A stretch of 64,000 bases of DNA. Source: Psammoneis japonica. Its lineage: Eukaryota. The stretch lies in assembly GCA_008632985.1 (NCBI GenBank), contig QPGO01000090.1, positions 248,001 through 312,000 of the forward strand, given 5' to 3'. Of this stretch, positions 11,308-24,559 are shown piece by piece. Within the stretch, counting starts at the first letter, position 1, and every line of letters begins with the position of its first letter. The translations under genes and the position numbers were made by a program. The notes beneath the pieces are model-generated. The model was not told the DNA's origin. It ran no database searches and worked only from the letters and a program-made list of their open reading frames with translations.

Positions 11308-13071
11308 ATGATGACGTCATCATACGCCAACAACCAGAAAACAAGACTGACGTCAGCCAATCCGCGAACACCAACGAAGCTGGCGCCCAATATCGCGGCT
11401 CACAAAATTCCGAAAACCATGACGGAAGCAGATGCGGAACACGACCATGGAGACGGTGCTTCAAGAGCGTCTCCAGCCATTCCATCCGCCGTTGCGGAGA
11501 ATCCACCACTCCCTTATGAGTACACCTTGCCGGTAGATCCAAAGCAGAATGATCGAGCAACAAAAATTCAGATTTGCTCGTTCAAGCGACCGCACATGCG
11601 CAGTTTTCACTGTTCTTGGGCGGCATTTTTTACGGGTTTCTTTTTATGGTTTTCTATTTCGCCACTGCTTGGTGAGGTTGAAGTAGACTTGAACCTGACA
11701 CGCAACAACATTTGGGTCACGACGATTTGCTCCGACGTTAGCACTCTTATTCTGAGATGGCTTGTTGGGCCGTTTTGCGATCAGTATGGAGCGAGACTCC
11801 CCATGTCCATTGTCTTGCTTGTTTCCGCGATTCCTGTTGGCATGACTGGACTGGTTAACACGTATGCCGGGCTAGCGATCTTACGAGCGGCAATTGGTCT
11901 GGTTGGAACTACTTTCGTCATGGCGCAATTTTGGTGAGTGAGACACGCTTCACCGGACTTAAAAGGGTTTCAATCTACCTATGTACCGGTAATACTTACC
12001 TCTCTGTTCTTTGCAGGACCTCACGAATGTTTGCAAAAGAAGTTATTGGAACTGGAAATGCCATTGTTGCTGGTTGGGGAAATTCAGGAGCAGCATTCGC
12101 CCAACTCATCATGGGTGCTTTCCTCTTTCCCGTGTTTCGCGACAACGTCTATGACGGTGACGGAGAAAAGGCTTGGCGGACCATTTTTGTCTTTCCTGCT
12201 GTAGTGTCGATCGCTGTGGGGTTGTGGATTGTTCGTTATAGCGACGATGCCCCCCAGGGATACTACAAAGAGATGAAGAAGCTTGGCAACATGGATGTGA
12301 CTGCTGATCGAGCAAGGTACCGATCTCCCACGGCTTTTAGGAATGCGTATTTGCTTGCGATTCAATACGCCACATGTTTTGGTGTGGAGATTAGTATCAA
12401 CAATGCACTTTCGTTCTACTTTCAAGATGTGTTTGGAAAGAGCACGGAATCTGCGGCGGCTCTGGCGAGTATCTTTGGCCTTATGAACCTATTCGCACGT
12501 GCCTGTGGTGGAATGATTAGTGATCGAATGAATTCTGCAATGGGCATGAAAGGGCGCCTCTGGGTACACACTGTGGGGTTGATTCTGCAGGGAGCGGCAA
12601 CCATTGGTTTTGCATACGCGGACGCATCCTTGGCTGCCACGATTCCTACAATGATTGTCTTTTCCATCTTTCTCCAAGCGACGGAAGGTGCCAACTTTGC
12701 CATTGTTCCGTATGTAAACAGCGCGCTCACAGGTTCGATATCGGGTATTGTTGGCTCTGGTGGGATCCTCGGTGGGATTGTCTACAGCATCTGCTTTATG
12801 AACTTTTCGTACAGAACTGTGTATACAATCATGGGAGTTGCGGCCATCATCTCGTCATCCCTCAGCGCCTTTGTTCATATCCCAGGCCATGCGGGTCTGT
12901 TGTGGGGAACAGGCATTGTTGAACCAGTATGTAACTTCGATTGTAGTTTCACGCATTCTAAACTGCAAATTTCGACTAACCTTTTGCTTTGCCTTTTCTT
13001 CGCCACAGACAGGCAGCCAGAATCAGAGAAGGTCTACGGACTCCGACGATGAGACAGGTCGGACTGATTAG
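11308..13071 (+). CDS. NRT2: High-affinity nitrate transporter (MFS, NRT2), 3 exons
   Basis: RPHMRSFHCSW, GNAIVAGWGN, CFGVE, FGLMNLFARACGG motifs; GT-AG introns at ~11934-12016 and ~12928-13008. Confidence 0.92.
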
Positions 13072-13242
13072 ACGTCTCGTGTTGATTGATTTCTCGAATG
13101 CCCACTCTAGCGCAACAACAGTCACTCAATTTGTCTATAATGCTGGATGTCAACTTTTTTAAAACCACTTATCGTAACACTCTGTACATAGATGCGTCAT
13201 GGCCGTCATACAAGAGCCGTAGTTGAGCGTGCACTGTCATTT

Positions 13243-14825
13243 TTAACCTTCGTGGTGACTAAGAATCTCGGGGAAGGATGTTCCAACCTTGTCACGAGCC
13301 ATGCGGTAGCATTTGATCATGACGCCAAACGTATCATTCTCAACTCCACCCATATTCAGTTCGACTTTGTTCTCCTCTTCGCCAACCAAGAAACACATTG
13401 TGTACAAGGCGAACTCAAACTCGGGAGACACACCAATAAAGCTCGATCCAACTGACTTTTCGATTCCTTTCCTGCAACGCTCAAACGAGATCTGATGAGA
13501 ACACCAACGACCACAGACGCGACTATAGCCATACCAACTTACCAGGTGAACTGCAACGTGAGCAACTGATCGTTGTCGTCCGTGCGGGCATCATGCGAGC
13601 TCTTGGGCTTGATGTAGCCACGGTAATCCAAGTGTCCCCGCTTTTCCTCCAGGTAAAACTGGATCCAATTATGGAATCCCGAGATTTTGTCGTCCTTGAT
13701 TTCTCCGACAAAGACATGCTCAAAGCCACTGGAATCGCGGCTGGTCTCACGACGGTACAAGTCAAACCAAATCTTGTGCAAGAGCTTGAGAAATCCCTGT
13801 CGGTCACCGGGGATCTTGCTCGAGTCCTTGTTTTTGCAGTACGAATGACAAAACTGCATGGGCTTGGTTTCCATAATGGCCTTGAGAAAGGTCCACACCT
13901 CACGTCTCTCGGCGTCCGTGATTGTTTCTGTCGATCCCGTTTCCTCCGAGTAGTTGTCAAGCAAGGCGATAAAGGAGGCATAGGTGGAGCGCTTCAACGC
14001 GTTGCGATCGACGTAGTCAAAGAGAGGATCTTCCGCCTTGTCTTCTTTCCAGTAAGGTTTCTTGCCCTGGTGGTATTCAAAACATGCAGCGTAATGTAAG
14101 ATAATGTATACTGGCAGAAGAAAGCGTCGCTGTTGTTCTTGTCGTCCAGAGCCTATTTTCTTTACTCACCTCCTGAACGTTGATCCTGTAATCCTCATTC
14201 GGATCCAGACGATTAGCATCCAGATCCCACAAATGCTGAACAGCATCAGAGAGCGACATGTCCAAATCCACTCCCTCGTCATGCAGCTCAAAGGGTTTGG
14301 GCATCATGCAGGACATTTCAAAGGCATGCACGATGCAGTTGATTGCACGAAGCAACGAAATGTTGCTTTCTTTCTCGTCTGTTAGACTCTCGCAGCCAAC
14401 CTTGAATGCCAAGGCACGCGTCTTGATCAAGGCGTCCGGCTGAGGGGCATTGGAGTCTTGGAAAAAGGAGTAGAGCTCAGCGTTTTCCTCTCGATCGACC
14501 GATAAATCTTCATAGATTGACTTGTAAAACTCGCAAACCGCCTCTTCGTCCAACGGTTTACCATTTTCGAGCGGCCTCGGCTGGAGACAGGTGGTTTCAA
14601 TGGCGTGCACCACAAAGTTAATGGTTCGAAGTAGAGAAACGTTGGAATCGTTATCGTCCGAGAGAAACTCGCATCCGATCTTAAACGCGGTGGAACGGAG
14701 CCAGCGAATCTTATCGGGAGGCGGATTCAAGGCATCCAGAAAGGCGGTCAACTCGGCAGCTCCTCTCGATCGACGGCCAAGTCTGAGTAAATCTCACGGT
14801 AGAACGAAACAACTTTGGCGTCCAT
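13243..14825 (-). CDS. ENDOU: EndoU/XendoU poly(U)-specific endoribonuclease with a duplicated N-terminal domain, 3 exons
   Basis: LWDLDANRL, DSSGFEHVFVGE, SGFHNWIQFYLEE, DYRGYI, SPEFEFALYT motifs; ATG at 14825; introns near 14.07-14.17 kb and 13.47-13.54 kb. Confidence 0.9.
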
Positions 14826-15188
14826 GGTAACGAGTAAGATGCCTTGTGGGTTGTTTGAATTGATAAGAGTGGCAACGAGTCCGGCAATGAGCGTCGCTAC
14901 CATGCAACCACGAACCAACGTCGATGAAACGGGATCGTGAAAAGATCCACCGCCGATTTTTTTCGATCTTCAACGGACGAGGAACATATTCGGTATTCAA
15001 TTCTATATACTTCTATTATACACATTACGTGTTCGTCCGTCCGTCTTTCCATATGCTTAGAGTGTGCGTCGTCCGTGCGTCGTCAACTGCAAGTATGCGT
15101 GTGGCTGGGAGCAATGCCGGCTCGCGGTCCCGCGCTCCTCATCATTTTTTTTTACCGACGCATTGCACCAATTCGTTCGAGCGACACC

Positions 15189-17515
15189 ATGGCGTACAAT
15201 GACGACGCCTTCGAGACTCCACAAGCGTCTGTTCAGTCTGGATAGGCCTTATTGTTGTAGCTGCACTTTCCTTTTGGATACAGGCTGTGGTTACAGAAGA
15301 AAGGTAAGTTGAGAAGTTGTTGCGTATGTTCATTTCTCGGACACGAAAATTTACATGTTGTAACATCTCTCAACACGTATTCATTGTTCATTGAACGTCT
15401 TTCTTCCTATCATATCTCTCTCTCTCTCTCTCTCGACGATATGATTCAATACACACACAAACATGTTCTTATCGACTCCTTCTTTTAGATTCGTTCCGTC
15501 ACTGAATGTTATTGCCACGAGATTTCGCATTCCAGATGATGTGGCTGGTGCGACTCTCATGGCGACCGGAGCTTCTTCTCCAGAGCTCTTAACATCGGCT
15601 GTTTCGCTCTTTGTCACACACTCATCCTTGGGGCTCGGAACTATTGTGGGTTCTGAAATCTTCAACCACCTAATATATGCGCCGGTTCCATACTTGCAGC
15701 TCGAAACCATCGTCTGAAACTCGATCGAGTTTCAATTCTTCGGGATATTGTCTTTTATGCCTTGTCGCTTATTTTTCTGCTAGTGGCCTTGTCCGATCGA
15801 CGAACCGTAGACGAAGATAATGGAGAGACTCATATTTTCATATCATTTTGGGATAGCGCACTGCTCGTGGGGTGTTACATTGCATACGTGTTGGTGTGTG
15901 CAAATTTTGAGAGACTTGTTGCGAGATTTCGCACAACGACCGAACCCGGTGTCGACAAGTCGCCCTTTCCATTCATTGGTTCTGAATCCTATGTGGGTGA
16001 CGAGGGACATGAAAATCCCATAGTCGTGCCAGCCATGCCCTTTATCCACTTGTTGTCGCGTGAACCATCCACAAACTTTCGCAGTGATGATTCCACCGAT
16101 GAACACGACGTTTCCGTGGCAGAATTGTACCGATCAAAACACTCACCCACCCGAGGGAACGAACCGCCATCTCCCATTCGTTCGTTTGTCGTCAACAAGA
16201 AACAACCAAAGCCCAGCACAATTTATGGCCTTGAGGAGATGGTGTGGAGTGAGGTACGTAGCTGCTGGAGAACGAACGTTGACTATTCTTCATACAATTT
16301 TTTTTTCACGAAAGGCTGTCTTCAACTTTGCTCGTTGCAAAAGGATGGAAGCATATCTTGCTTTCTATGGCAGCGGTCTTCGTTTTACAGCAAAGCCAAG
16401 GTAGCAATGAATGCGTGGCAGCTTCGGTGGTTCACATTTCATCCCGATCGAGTAGAGTCACTGCCCGACCGTACTTACCAAAAGAAGCCTGCCGACTATC
16501 CACCATTTTCTCAAATCGAAGTTTGCGAACGGAATCTATTGCTAAAGGTGCATCCGTGTGGAGCTGAACAAGACAAAGTCTGTAAGTACAAGACTTGGAG
16601 GTGGCTCTCCAGTCCTGGATCCTGTCCTCAAATATGTCTTTGTTGTTTCGTTTTCTCTTTGCAGTCATCTTTATGGCCCCGAGTGCTGAGATACTTCGTA
16701 CGGCTGTGGAGGGATTGCGACGAACCATTCAAATCCATACTGGGGAGGGACCGAGTCTAGAGGCGCTCAGTGCTATTAGCGCTGTGGCTAGTTTTGGGCA
16801 GGTCGAAGACGGTCCATCCTTGATTGCATATCCATACGGAGCTTCGCTATTTCAACAAGCACTACACGTGGTACTATTCCCAATCAAGCTTCTGATGCAC
16901 CTTTCGATTCCTGACGCCCGTCACCTGACAAGTGACAAGTCGGAAGCGAGCTTGCCTCGTGCATTTTGTGCCACCATCTCCTGCGTTGGGTGGATTGTAA
17001 TAAGTAGCATCGCCATGGTCACTTCTCTCGAAAGATTAGGGGCGCTGATGCGAATACCTGACTCAATCATGGGGATTACTGTTTCTGCAGCAGGCACGTC
17101 GTTGCCCAACTATGTAGCCTCGCAGGTAGCAGCAAGACAGGGACTAGGCAATCAAGCTGTTAGCAATGCGTTGGGCAGGTGAGTGCTTTTTAATTCGATT
17201 CATCATTTACCCTACCACCTCGTCGCGTTTTAGGCTAACCTACTATCCTTCCTCCGCAGCAACATTTTCAATATCCTCGTTGGCTTGGGGTTGCCTTGGT
17301 TTCTGTATACGGGGATTGTGTTACACGGAGGGGAGCATGGTGACTTGAGGGACTGTCAAATCACCGAGTCTGTCGCTATCTTGGCAGTTGTCCTCCTCCT
17401 GTTTGTGATTCTTCTCTTTTGGAACGATTTCATCCTTTCTCGATGGCACGCCTATATGTTTATTGGGCTTTATGTCTTATACTTGGTTTACGCTATTGGA
17501 GGAGTTTTCATTTGA
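15189..17515 (+). CDS. K+-dependent Na+/Ca2+ exchanger (NCKX/SLC24-like) with PH-like loop, copy 1; two apparent 1-nt frameshifts
   Basis: PDDVAGATLMATGASSPEL, GLGTIVGSEIFN, AAGTSLPNY...AVSNALG alpha-repeat motifs. Frameshifts at ~15234 and ~15675 inferred by comparison with the paralog. Confidence 0.85.
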
Positions 17516-17673
17516 GCGTCCTTTGGGCATAGATCCACTGCCACAGTTTGCCGAGTTCAACATCATTTGCTCGTTCTGAATTGAATCGTTCGTTCTATGC
17601 GGAGAACAGAGAAAATGTTTGGTCCTTGCTCAAAATGTCTAAGATAGCACAAGTTCTGGCATTCAGCCTGCTT

Positions 17674-20600
17674 TTATGTCTCATTTCGAAGTAAATGCGG
17701 GAAAAGTTTATCAAGTTGCTTGGCTTTAGCGATCGCTCCCCAGGCAACGTAGAGTCTTTTAGACATCGAGAGATAGTACGACGCCCAATCTTCGTCTTTT
17801 CTCTCCAGGAAGAACAGTCCTGCTCTCTCACTGGCAAGTGCCCGGTCCTGGACATAACCCCGCTTGCCAGCACAAGCAATGGCCGCATCGAATTTTTCCT
17901 TTGCTTTCTCTCCTCCACTGAGTGCGACTTTTTCCGCTTCCAAGAGCAATAGCAGATGAACACAGTTACAATTTCCTTTATGAATCCATTTCTCGAGCCT
18001 CTTCATAGCCGCCTCACCTCGCCCACTTCTGCGACGTTTCAGCAAGAAGAGATGGTGCCTCTTTCTTTTACGAGCGTAGGCGAAAGACGCAAGACCCTCG
18101 AAGAAAGTTTGGCGAACGAACCAGTGGTGGGCCAAAATAACTTCTTGCAAGGTACGTGCACGTTTCATAAACTGGAGGGCCGATTCATATTCATTAAAAT
18201 AGCATGCGAGCCAGGAGCAGAGAAAGTACATATTGCATTCAAGAAGTTGGTCCTTGTCTGCTTTCGCTCGTTTCCATATTTCCTCCTCGATCATGACCTC
18301 TCCATTTAAGCGAAGCGGGTCTTTTGAAAGGCCCATAAGATTCTGTATGTATTGCCACCAGGGAAAAGACTGTATCCAGACAATTTCTTGGCTATAGTCT
18401 CTGATTATGTCTTTGTGCGTCTTGTAGCTTGCATGTATCAGGGAGAGTTTTTGTCCCGACTCAATCATGAAGCCTTGAGCGTACTGCAGGCACCACATGC
18501 AGTTCTCGATATCTCCTGTTTTTGCCAATCCATCACGGAAAGCTCTGATTAGTGGCTTCACGCCTTCTGCCGCAGGTTTCGTCCAATGATTGATAAAAGT
18601 GGTTGTCAAAAAGTCTACTCGCGTTGTCATGTCCTTCGCTCCCAACCGTTCTATAATGCTGATTCCGAGTTGCCCAAACATGTATGCTCCTTTCAAGTCG
18701 CAAAACTGACTTGCAAGTATCATGCCGTAGGCGACAAAGCCACTGGCAGAGTTTTTACAGATGCCGTAATGAATCGACCATTGTACAACACGAAGGATCA
18801 CCACGGCCAAAAGGTTTTGTCGAACGAAGTAGCAATAAGTTCCAATCTTGTCCATAATTCTCGTAGCTTTCACTCTTTTCATGTCAGTCATGACAGGAAG
18901 GCTTTCCAAATCCTCTTGAGAAAATGGTTTGAGAAGTTTCCTTGTCTTTAACAATTCAAATGCAACTCGAGCCTTGGAAGGATGCTTGGGTAGCTCAAGC
19001 CCGAGTTGCTCCAGCGCCAGAAGTCCGGTGTCGACAGCCTCGGTGTATTTCGCTTCTGATCCGAGTGAGGCGATGAGAGCGTCATAAACACGAAATTTGT
19101 CCTGGATGTCAACACCGTGCTTTAGCACCGTGTCCACGTAATGATGTAGACGATCCAAATTGCCCGTGCAGTACGCAGCTTCTGCAGCAAGGCTGAACGC
19201 CTCCACGCAAAGGTGATAGTTTCTATCCCACCCTTCTTCTCCGACAATTTTTGCAGTGGCTTCAAGGTAGGAGAGAGCGGACGTAAATGCTGACAGAGAC
19301 ATCGATTTCTTGCCGGCGTCAAAGTTGAGAAAAGCCAGTCGTCGAAGCATCTCTTCATCCGCTATATGTGAGGAACCCAAGTTAAGCATATCTACAATGA
19401 CGAAAAGATCCTTTTCTCGTTCTTCTGGTGTCGACTTGTCTAGAAGCTTCATCCCGATCTCAAGCATGTGATTGGATTGGCCATCCAATGGCATTAGAGA
19501 CTTTGCAGCAGATTGGATTTGATCGTGAACAAAGCTGAACATCGTCTTTCCCCCCTCTTCGCGCAATAATCCGAGGACGACACATTCCGAAAGTATTTCT
19601 TCCAAGTTGTCTAGCTCAACAATCTTTTGCAAAGCTCTAGCTTCGAATTGAGCCCCGAGACAAGCGGCATTAGCCAACACAAGTTTTGTCACTTCTTTCA
19701 ATTTCTGAATGCTGCGAACCATAAAAACTGCCACGTTTTCTGTCACACTCTGGCACCGCACCTTCTCCAAAGAGTATGTCCATTTGCAGTTTCCAATGTT
19801 AAAGATCAAAATGCCTTCTTCTTTTAGAGATTGAAGGAACCGAATGGTGAAAAAGGCATTTCCGTGTGTCTTGTCAAAAACCATATCCGCCAGGTCACTT
19901 GTGTCATGTGTATCCGCCCGCAGCATTTCTGCAACGAGATCTCGCACAGTCTCCCTGCCAAGATTGTCAACATGGACGCGATTCAACTTTGTCGCCGGTA
20001 GGTTCTCTGTAATGGAATCGATTCTTTTGATCAATGATTTGTTCTGGATTTCGTCCTCTTTGTCTCGAAAGCACACAACAAAAAGTAGACCGCCATCATC
20101 CTCTGCGTCTGTGACGAGAGTTTCCAACAGGTCCAATGATGATTCGTCAGCCCACTGGAGATCATCAAGCACCATAACGATTGGTCGTTCTGGGCCACTC
20201 ACACCACGAAGAAATGATCGAATCAAGTAGTTGAACATGTTTTGTGACTCCATGTACCCTTCACCAAGTTTTGCATTGCGAGCCTTCTGCTCTTTCTCGT
20301 CCGCGACGAGTTGATATATAGTGGGAATGACATCTGCAAGAATCTCAGCGCCATCCGAGCCTAACACGTCTTGAATTTTCTCCTTTATTCCCTTGTCGCT
20401 TTCGATTGAACGACATAGTTTGTCGAACGTGTCACGAAACGCAGAGTACGGCAACACTCGGTTCTGGTCGAATTTTCCGTAGGCAAAGATTCCTCCGATT
20501 CTTTCTGTCGGCCACTTCAGATGCCTCGCGAGCGCTGACTTGCCTGTCCCAGACGAACCCGATATGAGAAGGATCTGACTTTTTTGTTCCTTAGATATGA

Positions 20601-20724
20601 CCCTGTTGAGAACATTCTGGATTGACTCGATTTCTTTCTCACGACCGAACAGAATGTCCTCTTCGATTTTGAGCTGGCTGATTTGCAACTCATTCATGAT
20701 GATACTAGTCCAGTTACCTCTCAA
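17674..20724 (-). CDS. AAA_16/STAND-like P-loop NTPase with helical TPR-like C-terminus
   Basis: LFGREKE, Walker A GSSGTGKS, GKFDQ, Walker B MVLDDLQWAD, KTHGNAFF, FVHDQIQ; intronless. Likely start at MNELQ (~20696). Confidence 0.85.
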   Translation of the reverse strand: MRGNWTSIIMNELQISQLKIEEDILFGREKEIESIQNVLNRVISKEQKSQILLISGSSGTGKSALARHLKWPTERIGGIFAYGKFDQNRVLPYSAFRDTFDKLCRSIESDKGIKEKIQDVLGSDGAEILADVIPTIYQLVADEKEQKARNAKLGEGYMESQNMFNYLIRSFLRGVSGPERPIVMVLDDLQWADESSLDLLETLVTDAEDDGGLLFVVCFRDKEDEIQNKSLIKRIDSITENLPATKLNRVHVDNLGRETVRDLVAEMLRADTHDTSDLADMVFDKTHGNAFFTIRFLQSLKEEGILIFNIGNCKWTYSLEKVRCQSVTENVAVFMVRSIQKLKEVTKLVLANAACLGAQFEARALQKIVELDNLEEILSECVVLGLLREEGGKTMFSFVHDQIQSAAKSLMPLDGQSNHMLEIGMKLLDKSTPEEREKDLFVIVDMLNLGSSHIADEEMLRRLAFLNFDAGKKSMSLSAFTSALSYLEATAKIVGEEGWDRNYHLCVEAFSLAAEAAYCTGNLDRLHHYVDTVLKHGVDIQDKFRVYDALIASLGSEAKYTEAVDTGLLALEQLGLELPKHPSKARVAFELLKTRKLLKPFSQEDLESLPVMTDMKRVKATRIMDKIGTYCYFVRQNLLAVVILRVVQWSIHYGICKNSASGFVAYGMILASQFCDLKGAYMFGQLGISIIERLGAKDMTTRVDFLTTTFINHWTKPAAEGVKPLIRAFRDGLAKTGDIENCMWCLQYAQGFMIESGQKLSLIHASYKTHKDIIRDYSQEIVWIQSFPWWQYIQNLMGLSKDPLRLNGEVMIEEEIWKRAKADKDQLLECNMYFLCSWLACYFNEYESALQFMKRARTLQEVILAHHWFVRQTFFEGLASFAYARKRKRHHLFLLKRRRSGRGEAAMKRLEKWIHKGNCNCVHLLLLLEAEKVALSGGEKAKEKFDAAIACAGKRGYVQDRALASERAGLFFLERKDEDWASYYLSMSKRLYVAWGAIAKAKQLDKLFPHLLRNET

Positions 20725-21178
20725 CTGTCAGGAATTCAGACAGCCGACCGCTAGCCGAAGGCATAGTTTAACACTTCGAAGGTCTTCTGGAGCTACGAGA
20801 CATCAGAACAATAGCCTGAACAAGGAGGAGTAGCTATGGTAATCACATCAAACATCAGTGACACATAACATCACCTCAACCTCATCAACGCAGACACAAA
20901 ATTCGAAATAAGATTTGAATATGCGCGGGCTGTATGCGGAAGGTGGACAGACGAAAATTAAATGTGTGAATCGTTCGACTCAATTGGTTGTTGGCGGACG
21001 GACCTACCGGTACGTAGTAGTACACGCACTATTTGGGGATTTTGGATTTCTTCTTTCTTCTCGTCGGCGGCAGATTCACAATGATGCGACGGTGAGAAGC
21101 TAATCAAAGGCACGTCAATCTCTTCTTCTCATCTCTCATCTCGACTTGCTGCTGCCAGAGAGAGGTTGTTTTTCAACG

Positions 21179-23698
21179 ATGGATGATGGTGAAGTGGAAA
21201 GTGCTTCGCTTGGTATGTGGATATGGCTGTGTTTGTTGGCATGTGCCAGTTTCTGGTGCCAAGCTACTGTCACCGAGGAACGGTGAGTGCCGTTGCGTTT
21301 TAACAAAATGGATTCAGTGGTGTGGCACTGTTCTTACTGTTTCTTTTTCTTTTACGTTTTCTAGTTTCGTTCCCGCTCTGAATGTGATTGCAACCGAATT
21401 CAACATCCCAGACGATGTTGCTGGTGCAACTCTAATGGCTGCCGGTGCTTCGTCTCCTGAGCTCTTTTCTTCGATCGTTTCTCTCTTTATAACTCATTCC
21501 GCGCTAGGTCTGGGTACCATTGTCGGCTCAGAGATCTTTAACCAACTAATAATTTGTGCTGGAGCCGTATTTGCAGGTACGAGCTTGCTTGTTACGTTAA
21601 AAGTGGGCTTGCTTCGTGCTTGTGTATACATGGTGCTTATGCTCTTGACTCTGGTTTCTACTTTTCAGCACGCAGCGGAAAATTGAAGCTTGATAAAGCA
21701 ATCCTTGTGAGAGAAGTTGGCTTCTACGGACTCTCGATAGCTGTATTGTTTTGGGCGCTTCATGATCGGCGTCCGGTAGACGACGACGACGAGCTGCACA
21801 TCTTTATCAGCTTCCACGAAGCATTTGTGCTCTTTGCATGCTACGTTGTCTACGTTATTGTTTGCTGGAAGTTCAATGCAATATTGGCCTTTGTAAGAGG
21901 AGAAGGGTTTTCCTTGAAGAGCGGGGGCACCTCTTATGGTAGCCTGGGGAGAAGAACGAGGAGCAAGGTATGTTATCTTTGCTATTGGATGCTCTTGTAT
22001 CTTTTGCAAGTTGCTAAACTATTTGGTGCTTTCTATTCCATTTGTAGAGCAAGGACATACATATCCCGAGAATGCCGTTTCTCACAGAGATAAAGGAGCC
22101 AAGTGGAAACTTTGCGGAGCTAGCAAAGGTGGAGGAACTGTATCGAACAACAACTGGATCGAAGCGAGGGGTCACCAACAAACTCAAGAATCTTTTAAGT
22201 TTTGGCGAGTCGACGCCTTCCAGAGGCCGCCCCAGTGACATGTCATACATGTCTCGTGCAAGTGACGTTTCCAAAGCTGAAACAGCTAGTTTGGTACCCG
22301 ATACTCCATCCGAACGGTTTTCAGACGGAGCATCTATTCGGCTCTTTCAGTTACAGGTCCACAAGGAAAAACCAAGTGATCAGCATGAGCTGTACGACAT
22401 TGAAATGAATGCGGTAGGTTGAAAATGATAAGCCTGAGCTACCTAGCACGGATACGCGCAGTTGTCGCTCAAAGCCGGGTGTCTGTTTCTTCTCTTTGTA
22501 GGTTTCAGAGCGATTATCATGCTTTCTATGGCAACGCTCTTATTTTTACGACAAGGCTAGATTTGCGGTTCATGGGTGGCATTTGAGGTGGTTTACGTTC
22601 ACTAATGATGCTGTCTACTCCGTTCCAGATAGAGTTAGATCTGAAAGGTATCGAATGACTTATCCTCAATTCAAAGAAGTGGAAGTTGACGAGGACAGGC
22701 TCATCTTGAAGATTAAACACCCCGCCAAAGGGAAACGGAGCTGTAAGACATTTCTCCCCACCTCACAACTGGTTTTTGCGCGTCATTGTAGCTCACCTTT
22801 GTTCGCGACTGACTGTTCGTCTTTAAATTGCAGACTACTTGATGGCCCCGTCTGAGGAAGTCCTGGAGAAGGTGGTTGCGAAGCTTGAAGCAATCCTGGA
22901 GTTCCGGAGTCAGCACCCGGAAATAGCCCCTCCACCTTCCGACATGTCAGTGATGACGGAAGGGGAGAATACCTCAGACGAGCCATCACTTATTGAATTC
23001 CCTTATGGGGCATCATACCTGGAAATCGTGTTCTTTTTGGTGCTTTTCCCTCTGAGGCTACTCATGCATTACACTGTTCCAGACGTTCGTCGTGTCGACC
23101 AAGGTGGAAATCCTACGGAAACGTTGATGACAGCCTATGCAGCCATTGTGGCCTGTCTTATTTGGTTGATCATTGGAAGCTACTGCATGGTTACCTCGCT
23201 TGAAGACATTGCTGATCTTTTGGGAATTCCCGAGGCTGTTATCGGCTTTACTGTGTCCGCGGCGGGAACTTCGCTGCCAAACTACGTCGCATCCAAAGTT
23301 GCAGCACAGAAGGGCTTTGGAAATATGGCTGTCAGTAACGCGTTTGGGTCTAATACCTTCAACATCTTCATGGGTTTGGGCTTTCCATGGCTTCTCTACA
23401 CATCAGTGGGTACTCATTTCCAACCTTACCACGGTCTACGCAACGATGGCATTTTGGAATCCGTTGTTATCCTTGGCACGGTTCTCTTGATCTTTATTTT
23501 GATTGTACTTCAGAGTGACTTTACACTTTACAAATGGCACGGAATTCTATTTGTTTGGCTCTATGTGGTACGTTAAGGTTTGGTGCTATGACTTTCTTTA
23601 TAAATCCCGGATTGAACGCATCATTCACCTGCACCTGTTGCTTTGACTTCTTGCGCCAGGCTTATGTGGTGTTCGCTGTAGCGCAAGTCTATTTTTGA
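21179..23698 (+). CDS. K+-dependent Na+/Ca2+ exchanger (NCKX/SLC24-like) with PH-like loop, copy 2, multi-exon
   Basis: MDDGEVESASLGMW...; DDVAGATLMAAGASSPEL; CFLWQRSYFY...WHLRWFTF; AAGTSLPNY...AVSNAFGSNTFNI; stop TGA 23696-23698. Confidence 0.9.
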
Positions 23699-24559
23699 GG
23701 TAGCGACAAATCGAAATAGAGAAATCAATTTATGCAGTGCAGTGGAGCCTTGGGAAAAGATGATCGTTATGGCAATGAACACTTGGCCGACGGAATAAAG
23801 TTGACAACGAGTTATGTTGAAGGCTTTGGAGGGCTTCGTGTGTAATCCTTTTCCCAGAGAAAGATCTATCATCCCTCGACGGTGCTCAAAAGTTATATGT
23901 CTTCAGTTCTATTCAGGCATTTCTGCATTCGTTAGGCGTTGCGCGTCTGCTCATCACTGTTTTCCGCCTTACAGTTTCCCTGTGGCTTGGAAGTGCTACA
24001 GTATTCCCTCGCATCGATGATCGCAGCTTGTGGCATCTCCCATGTGTCAGTTCGTAGGAAGGGATTCACAGCGCCCTCGTCAGCTCCAGTGGAACTGTCC
24101 CGGTTGCGCAGGCCGCTGCTCTGCAATTAGTCTTGTCGTTGTCAATAGCCGGTTGCTCGTGCAGGATTCATAGCTTTAGCTGTCTTCGCAATGAACATGA
24201 ACGACTCGGGTTGGACAGCTCTTCCTTCGCAAGATGAGATTTCGGAAACTGGCACAGGTGCCTGGACTTTTGCCCTCAACTCTCTATGGTACGGGTAGCT
24301 AGCAATGAGTGCGGTTATGAGAACTCTCTCGCTCAAACGAACTATTCGATCGGACCCAAAAGAGTGGCTTGATGGAAATAACGGCTGGGCGACGTCGAAA
24401 TGTGGAGTTCAAACTGCTAATACGTGTGGAGGACTACAGAGGAAGTGTTGAAGCCAAACAACAATGTTATAAAGAAATAAGCACTTGAGACAGAGCTTTT
24501 CGTTGCTAGTTGCAAATGAGAAGCACGAATAGGTAGACTTAATGCTACAAATAATCCTA

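Noticed and set aside
15414..15434. (TC)n microsatellite
   Set aside because: Ordinary intronic simple repeat.
23750..24420. Short ORFs between NCKX copy 2 and the ABC1 kinase
   Set aside because: No long frame or recognisable motif.
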